A stretch of 64,000 nucleotides of DNA from Neoechinorhynchus agilis (GCA_051530055.1 CM121341.1:5124784-5188783), one strand, 5' to 3'. Shown: positions 1 through 11,232, counted from the stretch's first letter. The notes: a model not told the origin generated them from the letters alone. Made by a program: numbers and translations.

Positions 1-1545
1 AGAGAAATACTTCCATTTTTGATTGATTTCTTAAATGTCGGATAATCGTTCTATATTTTTAAGCAAAAAACCCAATCCCTTTGGAGAATATTGGAAATCC
101 GAGGAGGTATTAGAACCTACGCAAAATAATTCGTCTTTTTCCCGTTCTAAAAACGCTTAGAGAGAAAATACTTCCATTTTTGATTGATTTCTTAAATTTC
201 GTCGGATAATCGTTCTATATTTTTAAGCAAAAAACCCATCCCTTTGGAGAATATTGAAACCGAGGAGGTATTAGAACCTACGCAAAAATAAATCGCTTTT
301 TCCCGTTCTAACGCTTAGAGAGAAAATACTTCCTTGATTGATTTTAAATTTCGTCGGATAATCGTTCTATATTTTTAAGCAAAAAACCCAATCCCTTTGG
401 AGAATATTGAAATCCGAGGAGGTATTAGAACCTACGCAAAAATAAATCGTCTTTTTCCCGTTCTAAAAACGCTTAGAGAGAAAATACTTCCATTTTTGAT
501 TGATTTCTTAAATTTCGTCGGATAATCGTTCTATATTTTTAAGCAAAAAAACCCAATCCCTTTGGAGAATATTGGAAATCCGAGGAGGTATTAGAACCTA
601 CGCAAAAATAAATCGTCTTTTTCCCGTTCTAAAAACGCTTAGAGAGAAAATACTTCCATTTTTGATTGATTTCTTAAATTTCGTCGGATAATCGTTCTAT
701 ATTTTTAAGCAAAAAAACCCAATCCCTTTGGAGAATATTGGAAATCCGAGGAGGTATTAGAACCTACGCAAAAATAAATCGTCTTTTTCCCGTTCTAAAA
801 ACGCTTAGAGAGAAAATACTTCCATTTTTGATTGATTTCTTAAATTTCGTCGGATAATCGTTCTATATTTTTAAGCAAAAAAACCCAATCCCTTTGGAGA
901 ATATTGGAAATCCGAGGAGGTATTAGAACCTACGCAAAAATAAATCGTCTTTTTCCCGTTCTAAAAACGCTTAGAGAGAAAATACTTCCATTTTTGATTG
1001 ATTTCTTAAATTTCGTCGGATAATCGTTCTATATTTTTAAGCAAAAAAACCCAATCCCTTTGGAGAATATTGGAAATCCGAGGAGGTATTAGAACCTACG
1101 CAAAAATAAATCGTCTTTTTCCCGTTCTAAAAACGCTTAGAGAGAAAATACTTCCATTTTTGATTGATTTCTTAAATTTCGTCGGATAATCGTTCTATAT
1201 TTTTAAGCAAAAAAACCCAATCCCTTTGGAGAATATTGGAAATCCGAGGAGGTATTAGAACCTACGCAAAAATAATTCGTCTTTTTCCCGTTCTAAAAAC
1301 GCTTAGAGAGAAAATACTTCCATTTTTGATTGATTTCTTAAATTTCGTCGGATAATCATTCTATATTTTTAAGCAAAAAAACCCAATCCCTTTGGAGAAT
1401 ATTGGAAATCCGAGGAGGTATTAGAACCTACGCAAAAATAAATCGTCTTTTTCCCGTTCTAAAAACGCTTAGAGAGAAAATACTTCCATTTTTGATTGAT
1501 TTCTTAAATTTCGTCGGATAATCGTTCCATATTTTTAATCAAAAA
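1..1545. repeat. Tandem satellite, 166-bp monomer, ~9 copies (continues off the left edge)
   Basis: AGAGAGAAAATACTTCC recurs at 475, 641, 807, 973, 1139, 1305 and 1471, an exact 166-bp period. Confidence 0.97.
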
Positions 1546-3364
1546 AAAACAATCCGAGGAAGCGTATATTCACCGACCTCCCCCCACGCCGCCAAATACT
1601 GATTGAACCCTTAAAGAACAAGGATTTAGCTTCGTTTCTAGACATGATGATACAATGACAAGTGTTAAGCAAATCGAACAATGTTTGTAGCTGGTACTCC
1701 GAGAACTTTAATCCATTAACAACCGCCTCTAATTCATCGATTTCGCAATGATGACCGAAGCACGACAACCAAGCAAGCGTAATTTGTAAAGATGGATCAT
1801 GAGGACGTTTTGGTGCCTTTATTAGTTTTGCTACCTTAACACATAAAGCTCTCAAGTTCGTAGATTGGCAGTAGATTCGAGTGATGACTTGAGTTGCATT
1901 TGGTTCCAGTGGGCATAATGCTGCTAATTGGAGACTGTGTATAGTAGATGTCGAATTTTCTTGGTCTTGGAGCATTGCAATAGCACAATTGGCCGCATTT
2001 CCTTTCATATTCTCAACGAGAACGCTTAAAACCTTCATCGCCGTGTAAGTGGCATTCGATGTATTCTCAATCACCTTCCAATTGTTAAAAATCACATTTT
2101 GCTTCACGGAATCGACCAGAATCCTCGATACTCGATGCCCAAGTGATCTTGTGTTTTTAAATGAAAATATTCGGATCATTAAGGTTAAGATTTTGTCGCA
2201 ATACTCCGTCAATCGTCGATGTGCGATTCGTGTCAACAAACAAAGAAGACTAACGTTTCGATGAACATGCCAACCTGTTCGAATGAATTCCTCTATACGT
2301 TCTAAGGATGATTCTAAGCAGCATTCCGCAACTAGCTTTTCACATCCAATCAATGAAGATTCCTTAGTGTCCCATTCCGTCGTTTGTAACTCATCAAGAG
2401 TCAACACTCTTCTACGATCTTTAAGACATTCGTCCATGTAAGCTTGCTTAATTTCACCGTATACTTTCCACTTTTGAACACCTAAACATTTTAAATCCTG
2501 GTCGGAATCACACAACGAGTACAGGAAAACTTGAAGCATTATTCGAGAACAAGCGTGATGATCAAGGAATTTGTCAAGAAATTCAGCGCTGGACGTGTAC
2601 GCTCTTTCACGGACACTTTTATTCTCATCAAAAACTCCTAATAACAAGCATTGGCAAGCTCGGAATGCAATGGGAACTGCTTCCTGCAACAGAATACACA
2701 TCAACCCCATACAATGAACGGACACAATTCGAATCTGCGCGGATCGATTTCCTATACCCATGGAATTGATACATTCAATGAGTTCAATCGTTACACCTGC
2801 ACCGAGGTTACCCAATGAACCTTTTTCTAAAAGAGATTTTAGCGTTTTGAACACATTAATTAAAACAAAACGTTGTCTCCGGAATGCTTTAGAACTCGAT
2901 ATGAACAATTCAACGATAGGTGAGATCATTTGAATAACTTCATCAGGTTCCGTCGTTTTATCGACGATTATCCGTGAGCATATCGATTAAGCTTGTTTTA
3001 AAGATTTCGAAAACTTTTCGCTTAATCGATACTCAACTATTAAACTCATGAGCTGAAATCGCATGGATGTTAGGTCTTCTTGTTCCTCGTTTTCGTTCAA
3101 ATTCTTCATTACTTTCTCAATTAACGTACTGCTAACCTTCACGTTTTTCTCAATTAATCTTGACAATAAATTTAAAGCCATCTCACAAAGGCTAAATGAT
3201 CTTTTATTTAAAGAACATTCATAGATTTTAAAGATTGCTTCATCAGTGATGCAAATTTCATCATTAAAATCATCGACAATTTCTTCAACTTCCTTCAATA
3301 GTCTGTGTTGCTCACTAATCTTCAATTCATTTGTGCTCAACAGCAAATGCTCTATAGCATCCAT
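1535..3364 (-). CDS. DNAAF5: HEAT-repeat protein, dynein axonemal assembly factor 5 (HEATR2)-like; N-terminal part only, the 3' end probably lies beyond the satellite
   Basis: ORFs 2987-3376 and 1535-2929 are in the same frame, separated by one TAA; first ATG at 3364. FDENKSVRERA...LYSLCDSDQDLK...W..YG....DECLKDR...LIGCEKLV parallels the remembered DNAAF5 stretch FDDVPQVRRAV...LSSLNDEVPEVR...W..VG....EEDLKDK...VLGCRELV. The ORF's last codons run into the satellite, so the true end is unresolved. Confidence 0.6.
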
Positions 3365-3540
3365 ATTGTATATCAACTATAGATTACAAATACATAATAA
3401 TCAGTTGCTGGTCATGTTACCATGGCTACAGCATAAAAGACCGAAATCAATCGATTTCAAATGTTTTCTAAATAAAGTTAATTTGGTTTTCTTTTTTTAA
3501 AAGATTTTAAAAGCAAAACAACAATACAAAACCTCTCCGC

Positions 3541-4930
3541 TTCTATTCATCGGCGCTGGTCAAAATGCTGGCCGCATTGCCCGGCTGCACCGCAATGCTT
3601 TGGCTCTCCAGTCGCCGCGTTGACTCGTTTCCCCAAGTCCTTCAGGAGGGCCAGTGCCGACCCTCCCAAGGTACGTTTCCACACCGAAGGGGACAAATGG
3701 TAGTCTCGGATTAGCTCCCTGTATTTTGAGCATTTCCGATCCTCCTGGACCTTTTTTCGAGTGGCTGATGTTGGAATCCCACAACTCCAGTCGCCGCGTA
3801 AATTCGTTTCCCCAAGTCCTTCACGAGGAGGGCCAGTGCCGACCCTCCCAAGGTACTTTTCCACACCGAAGGGGACAAATGGTAATTTCGGATTAGCTCC
3901 CTGTATTTTGAGCATTTCCGATCCTCCTGGACCTTTTTTCGAGTGGCTGATGTTGGAATCCCACAACTCCAGTCGCCGCGTTGATTCGTTTCCCCAAGTC
4001 CTTCAGGAGGGCCAGTGCCGACCCTCCCAAGGTACTTTTCCACACCGAAGGGGACAAATGGTAGTTTCGGATTAGCTCCCTGTATTTTGAGCATTTCCGC
4101 TCCTCTGCCGCCGTCGCCGCTCCTCCTGGACCTTTTTCGAGTGGCTGATGTTGGAGTTTGCCAACGTGTCCACACGCGTCGCATCCCACAACAAACATTT
4201 TCCCTCCCGCCAAGGAAATACGGTCACGCCATCAGGGCGGGTTCTAGAATGTTTGGAAGGGAAAGCGTTTTTAGGGTCCTACTCAGAATGGCATTGATTC
4301 CAGCATGCCTTGGAAATCGCTGACTTCTTGCATATGAGACCGTGTCTCCCCGAAGAGTCCACTATAGTGCCGCAGCGGCAAGGCCTAATCTCAAGGATAC
4401 TGCGATCCTGACGACTGAATCAGCAAGGAGATTTCCAAGTTTCCCTACAGGGAGAGCATTCAGCCACGCCCCCGACTCCTTCGTGGAACAGGCTACCATC
4501 CGGACCTGAGACACCTCATCCAGAATATATTTGAAAGAGTTGTGAATCTTCTGACTCATTTGCGGGGAGCTGGTTGATGCCTGTCAATTGATGCCATTGA
4601 AATAATCCTGTGGCAAAGATCGAGGAAGGCAGGTAAAGCGACGTCTGAAGTGGTGCGAACTCCCAAACCACCATAAGCCTTGGGAAAAGTAGCCTGTCGC
4701 CAACCTGTGTCAGAAAATTTGACATTCAATATATGTCCCAGCTGCTTACGAACTACCCCGTCGAGCTCTCCTAACAATTTGTCTTCTCCGAAACATGGAG
4801 CTGCTCTTATGAAGCAATTTCGGCAAATAGAGGCAATTCTTGATCAAGAATAGACCCTCATGTGCCGAAAGCTCAGAAGTTCGGCCGCAGAGCAACTCCA
4901 TTTTCGGGAAAAAATCTTTAAAAAAAATTT
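3541..4930 (-). mobile_element. Decayed, 5'-truncated CRE-like (restriction-like endonuclease) non-LTR retrotransposon, family A
   Basis: Frameshifted remnants in the expected order: ELSAHEGLFLIKNCLYLPKL; QATFPKAYGGLGVR...ALPAFL; SGAWLNALP...RIAVSLRLG; CDACGH; [13 protein letters not shown]...LKDLGKRINAATGE; terminal IAVQPGNAASILT then stop. Confidence 0.85.
3606..4155 (-). repeat. Internal triplication (~180 bp) of the endonuclease segment of the CRE-like element
   Basis: CTCCAGTCGCCGCG at 3606, 3785 and 3967. Confidence 0.92.
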
Positions 4931-5205
4931 GGTTTTCTAAAAAGGTTTCACTGTTACACACGTGATAATTCGTTTTCCTCTCTTTTTTGCGTAGTCTCTG
5001 AGCATTCTACGAAACACAAAGAATCTCTCTTATAAAAAAAAGATGGTGGTTGTTCTCGTTTTTCACGTTGCCGCGTTCCAAAATCATTTGATTTTTTTTA
5101 TTTCCGATAATGAAAACGAAAAGGAAGAAAAAAACTAATTTTACAAACAATTTCTAACCGTATACAAATCATTTTTTACTCTAGATATAGAAATCACCGT
5201 TTGCG

Positions 5206-6319
5206 ATGGACATCAATAGGACGATTCGAATGAATGATGGCGTTAACATTCCGATGTTTGGTCTTGGCGTTTACATGAACGAAGAAGGTCGTCGTTGTGT
5301 AGAACTAATAAAATTTGCTCTATCGAACGGATATCGACACATTGATACTGCGGCTTTTTATGGGAATGAACATAGTGTCGCTTTGGGTATTCGCGAATCC
5401 GGATTGGACCGGTCTCAAGTGTTTGTGACCTCGAAAATTTGGTCAACTGACGGTGGCTACCAAGGTACAATCGATCACGTCAATAATACTCTAAGGAGAA
5501 CTCAGTTAGAATATTTCGATCTTTATCTTATTCATGCACCACAAGGAGGTCAAGTTCCCGAATGTTACCGAGCTTTGCATGATTTGAAGAGGAAAGGACT
5601 TATTAAAAGCGTAGGCGTCTCAAACTTTGGTGTGCATCATCTTCAAGCTCTGGCTGAAAAGGGCCTTCCAATACCGTCGAACAATCAAATTGAACTTCAT
5701 CCATGGCAACAAAAACGTGAACTAGTCAAATACTGCAAAGATAATGGAATTGTTTTAAAGTCTGGGTAAAAAAACCGGAGTTTGAGGAACTGTGGCTTCC
5801 CCACTACCGATTCATTGGTCAGGGAAAAGCGTATAAAATCACACTCACTTTATACCTGTTCTGTACATCCTTAAAGATTCTTAGATACCTCCCGAGGATT
5901 CATCAGTGAGTTTCCACCTTCATTGTCGTTTTATCCACTTCCCTGACCAATGAATCGGCAATGGAATGTGTGTCCAAAATATGATTCAGATTTCTTCTTT
6001 TTTTCGGCATATTTTTACCCAAACTATAACTGCTTACTCTCCTCTGACAAAAGGTCGAAGACTGAACGATCCTAAACTCGTTGCCATTGCAAATCGTCTA
6101 AAAGTTACGCCCGCTCAGGTTCTCATAGCTTGGTGTCTCCATAACGGATTCGTCACTATTCCGAAGACTTCTAATAATGACAGGATTTTAGAGAATCTCT
6201 GCTCACTGAATGTTGTTCTGGATAAACAGTCAATTGAAGAGCTGTATCATTTCGGAGATACCCCGTGGGGTTGTACTTGGGACCCAACAAAATCGAATTT
6301 GTATTCCGCCGGCTTGTAA
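5206..6319 (+). CDS. Aldo-keto reductase interrupted by a 269-bp insertion (disrupted allele or spliced)
   Basis: Catalytic tetrad contexts HIDTA, FYGNE, VTSKIW and LIHAP, plus GVSNF, NQIELHPW, AYSPL and IPKT. Removing 5758-6028 rejoins the halves as GIVLTAYSPL. Confidence 0.9.
5758..6026. mobile_element. MITE-like element with TA target-site duplication inside the AKR coding sequence
   Basis: TA at 5756-5757 and 6027-6028. Ends AGTCTGGGTAAAAA and TTTTTACCCAAACT are inverted. Inner perfect 20-bp inverted repeat CCGATTCATTGGTCAGGGAA / TTCCCTGACCAATGAATCGG. Confidence 0.85.
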
Positions 6320-6402
6320 CGAAATCAATTCGCGATCAATAAAACAACTTAACGTTTTGTTTGTGTAGGGCATGTTTTGTGGAGAGTTTGTATCTCTCTC
6401 GG

Positions 6403-6415
6403 GAGTATAAATAGA
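6403..6415 (+). promoter_or_regulatory. TATA box GAGTATAAATAGA upstream of Cys-rich gene 1
   Basis: Starts 48 nt before the ATG at 6451; an identical 13-mer precedes Cys-rich gene 2. Confidence 0.65.
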
Positions 6416-6450
6416 CGCGTTCATTTCTCTTTCAATCAAAGTGTCTCTCA

Positions 6451-6828
6451 ATGTTCGGTTGCAATCCTTGCTGTGCTCCTTCTCCGATGATGATGAATTC
6501 CAGCAACTGTAGAAGCGGTCAGCAGAATCAGGCTTGTTGCTGCTACAACAACAATAATAAGAATAGTCAAAACTGCTGCCGATCGAATTGCAGAAATCAT
6601 AATGCTTCTGCAAATAAGTCTGCCCGGAATCACCATTTTTATCACCATTCAACCACCACTCATTCGTCCTCAAATTGCTGCCAAGACGCTTGTGCGGATT
6701 GTTGCTCTGCAGCCAATAACGCTGCTTCCAATGCCGATTGCGCTTCGTGCACTTGCAACAATAACAGCAATTGCAGCGGTTGTTGCTCCAACGGATGCTG
6801 CAGCTCCACGGGTGGAGCTTGCTGTTAG
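6451..6828 (+). CDS. Cys/Asn/Ser-rich small protein (125 aa) with CC pairs and a His patch
   Basis: ATG-initiated ORF with many CC/CxxC motifs, HHFYHH and a GGACC end; TATA box upstream; no signal peptide. Confidence 0.7.
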   Translation: MFGCNPCCAPSPMMMNSSNCRSGQQNQACCCYNNNNKNSQNCCRSNCRNHNASANKSARNHHFYHHSTTTHSSSNCCQDACADCCSAANNAASNADCASCTCNNNSNCSGCCSNGCCSSTGGACC

Positions 6829-8058
6829 ATTATGTGGCTCACGGCTTACAATGAGCAAGTGACCACTATAGATTTAGACATTAAATTGATGCTTGAACGA
6901 GTGTTTCTGGCTGAGATCGAAAATTCTATGGCCAAAGTTACCGAACGTTTCCACCGTGATGAAAAACTCTATAAAACACAGAAAACGTTCGATTGCCTTC
7001 ATTTAAGAACAAAAAGATTGGTTTTATTATTTAAAAACAGGAGAACACAGAATCGATTATCGTATTGTCTATTTTTCCATTTTTTGAGCGTTTTACTTGT
7101 ATTCATTAATGAGTAACTTTCTCCATTGCTCAAGTGTACATGTTTTTTCAATTTCAACCTCATTTCGATAAAGAAACGTTGCTCTATAAATCATATCAGA
7201 GTCAAAGTTTTGTTTAAAAACGTACGTGAACTTAAAAACTTGTCCCCAATAATTTGGAACCTACAGTTCTCAAACTTATTGCTCTAACTGATCCTGAATT
7301 TCTGCGATTGTATTGAGCGCCAACACTTTTAGACGTCGAAATTTAAGTTGATTACTCGTATTCCTTTAAAGGTGAGGAAAGTCATAAAGTTATTCTTTAT
7401 TAAAAAAAAGTTTCAAAGTGTGTGTGATAAGTTTTTGCTAAAATGGCTCGCTTAGGAAAATCGATAAAGGCAAATCAAAGTGTGAAATAGCCATGACTTA
7501 CAATGGATTCCTCATATTGATGACCTTCGTTTGCGAAAATCCCTTACATGATATGGATTATTTAAGGAGGAATATATTTCGAATGATTTTATGAGTTGAA
7601 CAAAGCAAAAGTTTCTCTGCAACCAACTTTAGTTGGTCTAAATGCACCCATGAAGGATCTCATGTATCTTTGGGTCCTCGTGAACACTCGAATTTGGAGG
7701 AGATTGATTTGGGTCCTTTTTTTAAATTCATGCAGAGAATTGAAGAATTTTTTTCTTAGGTAAATTGGCTATGGTTGGTAGAAATGGTTTTGGTTTATTT
7801 GATTTTTTGTCGGTTAATTTGTAGTCAGAACGAAAACAATCCTATGGTGTGTTTAAGATTGTTAAAGTTCGAAATGCATTCGGGTTTAACAATCCATCTC
7901 AAGTATCTATAAACGACCTAAACAATAAAGAAAATATTACATCTATCGCAATTGGGTCTTGTTCTCGTTCATAAACATCTTGTTATTACTCGGTATTCAT
8001 AGCAACCACCTCTATGGATCTAATGTTGTGATTCAAATATCCTTGTTTTCAATTCGTT

Positions 8059-8071
8059 GAGTATAAATAGA
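8059..8071 (+). promoter_or_regulatory. TATA box GAGTATAAATAGA upstream of Cys-rich gene 2
   Basis: Starts 59 nt before the ATG at 8118; identical to 6403-6415. Confidence 0.65.
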
Positions 8072-8117
8072 ATGCGAGCAAGACTTGTAGTTGAAATTGT
8101 CGTTTCAAACACCTTCG

Positions 8118-8429
8118 ATGTGCCTCCAATCTTCGTGCAATTCGTGTGGGCCAAAATGTGGCCCATGTGGGCCAGTATGCACCCCTCGCGGATGGTGCGG
8201 ACCAATTTGTGACCCATGCGGTCCATGTGCTCCTTCATGCGGACCAATGTGCAGCCCATGCGGTCCATGCGGTCCTTCATGCGGACCAATGTGCAGCCCA
8301 TGCGGCCCATGCGGTCCTTCATGCGGACCAATGTGCAGCCCATGCGGTCCAAGTTGTGGCCCTTGCTGTATGCCATGCGGTCCCGCGTGCTCTCCTTGCG
8401 GATCTTGCTGCGGGAACAATTGTTGCTGA
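8118..8429 (+). CDS. Cys-Gly-Pro repeat protein (103 aa), resembling Mst84D/Mst87F or ODF1-type structural proteins
   Basis: First ATG at 8118 (the track used an upstream TTG). A 42-nt unit encodes GPMCSPCGPCGPSC; variation between copies is mostly synonymous in this frame. Confidence 0.8.
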   Translation: MCLQSSCNSCGPKCGPCGPVCTPRGWCGPICDPCGPCAPSCGPMCSPCGPCGPSCGPMCSPCGPCGPSCGPMCSPCGPSCGPCCMPCGPACSPCGSCCGNNCC

Positions 8430-9060
8430 ATCTCTCTCTATGATTATGGCAGCAATTTAGTTTTAATAAATTAGACGGCATTTGATTCTGCGTGGACCAT
8501 TTGTTAGTTGAGAAATTCTCGGAGGCGATTTTTACTTGGTAGACACATTTTGTATTGGGTAAAGTCACGAAATGATGGTAGATAAGCATCGTCGCCTGCT
8601 AAAATGAGGACACAAAATCTAATGATTATAATAGGATTTGGCGTGAATTATAAAAGATTTGTGGTGTATTCAACCGTTAAATGGTTTTTCGTCTTACCAC
8701 TTCACGCTTTCGAACTCTCCGAACACTTGAAGTGGCTTCGACGTAGGGTTTTCTTAGGAACTTTTAAATAGCATAATCGGAACTTTTCAATAAAGATGGA
8801 AAGGAATTGATATTATGTGTGGAATCATTCGCGACTGCTCTGAAATTCCTTTTGTCTTTTCTGAGTGCCAAAAGGCGACAAGTATACCGAGCGCCAAACC
8901 TAACACTAATAACCTTATCTAAAACACATAAGTTCATTGATCACTTTGCTCGAGAGAGATAAAAGTGTGTTGACGAGATGTTTTTGTATCTGAAAAACAA
9001 TCTTTTATTTTGAAGAGCTAAAATACGAGACATCATTCGTCTTCAACTGCGTTCAACACC

Positions 9061-9333
9061 ATGTCTTTGGGTTACGATATGTCAAATTTAACTATAGAAA
9101 ACGGAGATCAAAACTCGATCAACGCAATTGAGACACCGATCGAAGAAGCTTCAAAACCAAATAATGGTTCAAATCCACTGGAGACAATGCACCGTCAAAT
9201 TAAACGAATGGTGGCCATTACGGTTTTCACCACGGCACCGCCAATAGCTAGATTCTTAACTGTTCTAAAAGCTCGTATTGTCCACGATAAACAGCAAGTT
9301 ACCACAATTCTTGAAATGAAGACAATGAAGTGA
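9061..9333 (+). CDS. Hypothetical 90-aa protein
   Basis: ATG-initiated ORF with protein-like composition inside the Cys-rich cluster; no recognisable motif. Confidence 0.3.
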   Translation: MSLGYDMSNLTIENGDQNSINAIETPIEEASKPNNGSNPLETMHRQIKRMVAITVFTTAPPIARFLTVLKARIVHDKQQVTTILEMKTMK

Positions 9334-10360
9334 GATAAATGTAGGTCGAGAGCCTGAAACCTTGGATGTCCAGGAAACCATTTACGGCATTACACATTTA
9401 AAAAAATAAATTTGTTACCGTGCTCGTGAAATAGATTTTTATCGTCAAAAAATCGTCGATGCGATGGCATAGCATAATACACAGAGATGATCAATACCGA
9501 ATTTATTGAATATTTGTGATTAGAAATATAAATGTCTTTAATCTGTGTTGAAGTGTGAAGGTCTTTTTCACGGCTGATCATTTTCCTTAGACACACAGCT
9601 CACCAATAATGCGCTTCCTTGACCAAAAAGACCTTCAATTTAACACAGATTAAAGATAAAATCTTTTTTTATTGCTTGTGAAAAATAAAGTCGTTAGAAA
9701 CCATCGACACATTAGGCAAAGCTGGTGAGATTTGTATTCCCAAGTATTAATTTTCGAATATTTGGGTCGCGGTCTGTCTTCATTCTGAGCAGTTTATTTT
9801 TTCTACTATGCCATAATCTTGTGAAACACTACTTGATTTTCCAGAACCATGATTAAGTTTTTGTTTTTCAGAATTGAAACTTGGGAGAGAAAATCTTTAT
9901 TCCGAAAGCTACGGCTCCCTGAGGAATCTACATTAAAAACGCGTGGAGATGTGAAGTTTAGGTTAAAGTAGCGACATTGAAGTATGAAAAGTTCGTCTCT
10001 TTTGTTAAATAGTTCTGGAACTCTCCGTCGCACGACAGCGAAGGCTCTTAAAATAAAGATTTTCTTTTTGTCATCCAAAAAAACTTGACTGTATCATAAA
10101 GAAAGGACGTTCGAAGATTAAAAGGATTTATATTTAGATAAATTTTAAAAAACGATCCTGAGCATCGCAGTTTTGTCCAGCAGTTCAGGATCGGAAATGC
10201 TTTTGAAGCATCTATTTTTAATATTGGTGATTAAAAGCACATCTCAGTAATCAGTACCATTCATTGTATCAAGGTAAAACATTTAACACTGAAGTTGTCA
10301 ATAAACCAAGGTTTACGAGACCAAGATGTTTGAGATCAACACATTTAGTTTACAAAATTT

Positions 10361-10372
10361 GACTATAAGAGG
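10361..10372 (+). promoter_or_regulatory. TATA-like GACTATAAGAGG upstream of Cys-rich gene 3
   Basis: Starts 57 nt before the ATG at 10418, similar spacing to the two neighbouring genes. Confidence 0.4.
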
Positions 10373-10417
10373 ATCTCGATCAATCAGTTTACGATTCAAT
10401 CACACATCTTCAATTTG

Positions 10418-10831
10418 ATGGCTCTTTCATCGTTCAATTCGCCTTATGGTACGTGTGGACCATGTCCGGCTCCATGTGGACCATGTTTGCCTCCATGTGG
10501 ACCATGTCCGGCTCCATGCGGTCCATGTCCGGCTCCATGCGGTCCATGTCCGGCTCCATGCGGTCCATGTCCGGCTCCATGTGGACCATGTCCGGCTCCA
10601 TGTGGACCATGTCCGGCTCCATGCGGTCCATGTCCGGCTCCATGTGGACCATGTCCGGCTCCATGTGGACCATGTCCGCCAAGATGCTTACCTTATCTTT
10701 CAAGCTACGGTCCATGTTACGTTCAATGTGGACCAGCGATTATGTGCCACTATTCAACAATGTCAGTTCCATACGCTCCAGTCATCGGTACATGCGCTCC
10801 ATTTTGTGGACCGTACGGCAGGAGCTGTTAG
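10418..10831 (+). CDS. Cys-Gly-Pro repeat protein (137 aa) with ~11 GPCPAPC heptads
   Basis: 21-nt repeat in which the TGT/TGC and GGA/GGT variants are synonymous only in this frame; unique N- and C-termini stay in frame. Confidence 0.82.
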   Translation: MALSSFNSPYGTCGPCPAPCGPCLPPCGPCPAPCGPCPAPCGPCPAPCGPCPAPCGPCPAPCGPCPAPCGPCPAPCGPCPAPCGPCPPRCLPYLSSYGPCYVQCGPAIMCHYSTMSVPYAPVIGTCAPFCGPYGRSC

Positions 10832-11105
10832 ATATATTCAAGTCGACTTAGTTGACTTTAGTTCAAATAAATCTGCAATCTCTAAAACTCTTGGTGTGGC
10901 CTAAATAACATTAGCGTTTAATTTAAAGCTTTCATAAAAGAATACTTTTCTTTTGAGTGTTGATTTTATTCTTAAGATAACGAATACTTAAGAAGCAATT
11001 TATTTCTTAGAGCCATCTCGACGATGCAACTCTTCGGATCGAAGTATCTTTTAAACTCGGTTAATCGATTTTTACTATACCGTGAACCATATGAGTTTTG
11101 CATTC

Positions 11106-11232
11106 ATCCCTCGGGATTCTCAGATACCTCCTTCGAGAAAGGTTTCCTCCTCCCTTCAACGGTATTTCGCCCTCCCCATTGAAGTGCTTTTTGCTTCCGC
11201 ACACAATGTGATTCGACGGATCGAAATCCGCT
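11106..11232 (-). mobile_element. Diverged fragment of the tRNA-headed SINE-like family
   Basis: GGATTCTCAGATACCTCC...GTTTCCT...CCCTTCA...GGTATTTCG matches 31719-31802 and 33719-33790; degenerate B box on the minus strand near 11219-11229. Confidence 0.6.

Noticed and set aside
1-1545. 166-bp array as an SL RNA gene array
   Set aside because: It has GAG|GTATT and CATTTTTGA, but no convincing leader, donor and Sm-site arrangement or stem-loops.
5885-5925. Hammerhead ribozyme (CTGATGA near GAAA on the minus strand)
   Set aside because: The motifs are too close and the required stems are absent.
5206-6319. AKR as a bacterial horizontal transfer
   Set aside because: Intron-poor genes are common in this window and similar AKRs are known in animals; nothing here supports transfer without a phylogeny.
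8020-10904. Alternative-frame and antisense ORFs over the CGP genes (HMEPD, VDHVRLH, MWTMSG and others)
   Set aside because: Shadows of stop-poor repeats; variation is synonymous only in the Cys-Gly-Pro frame.
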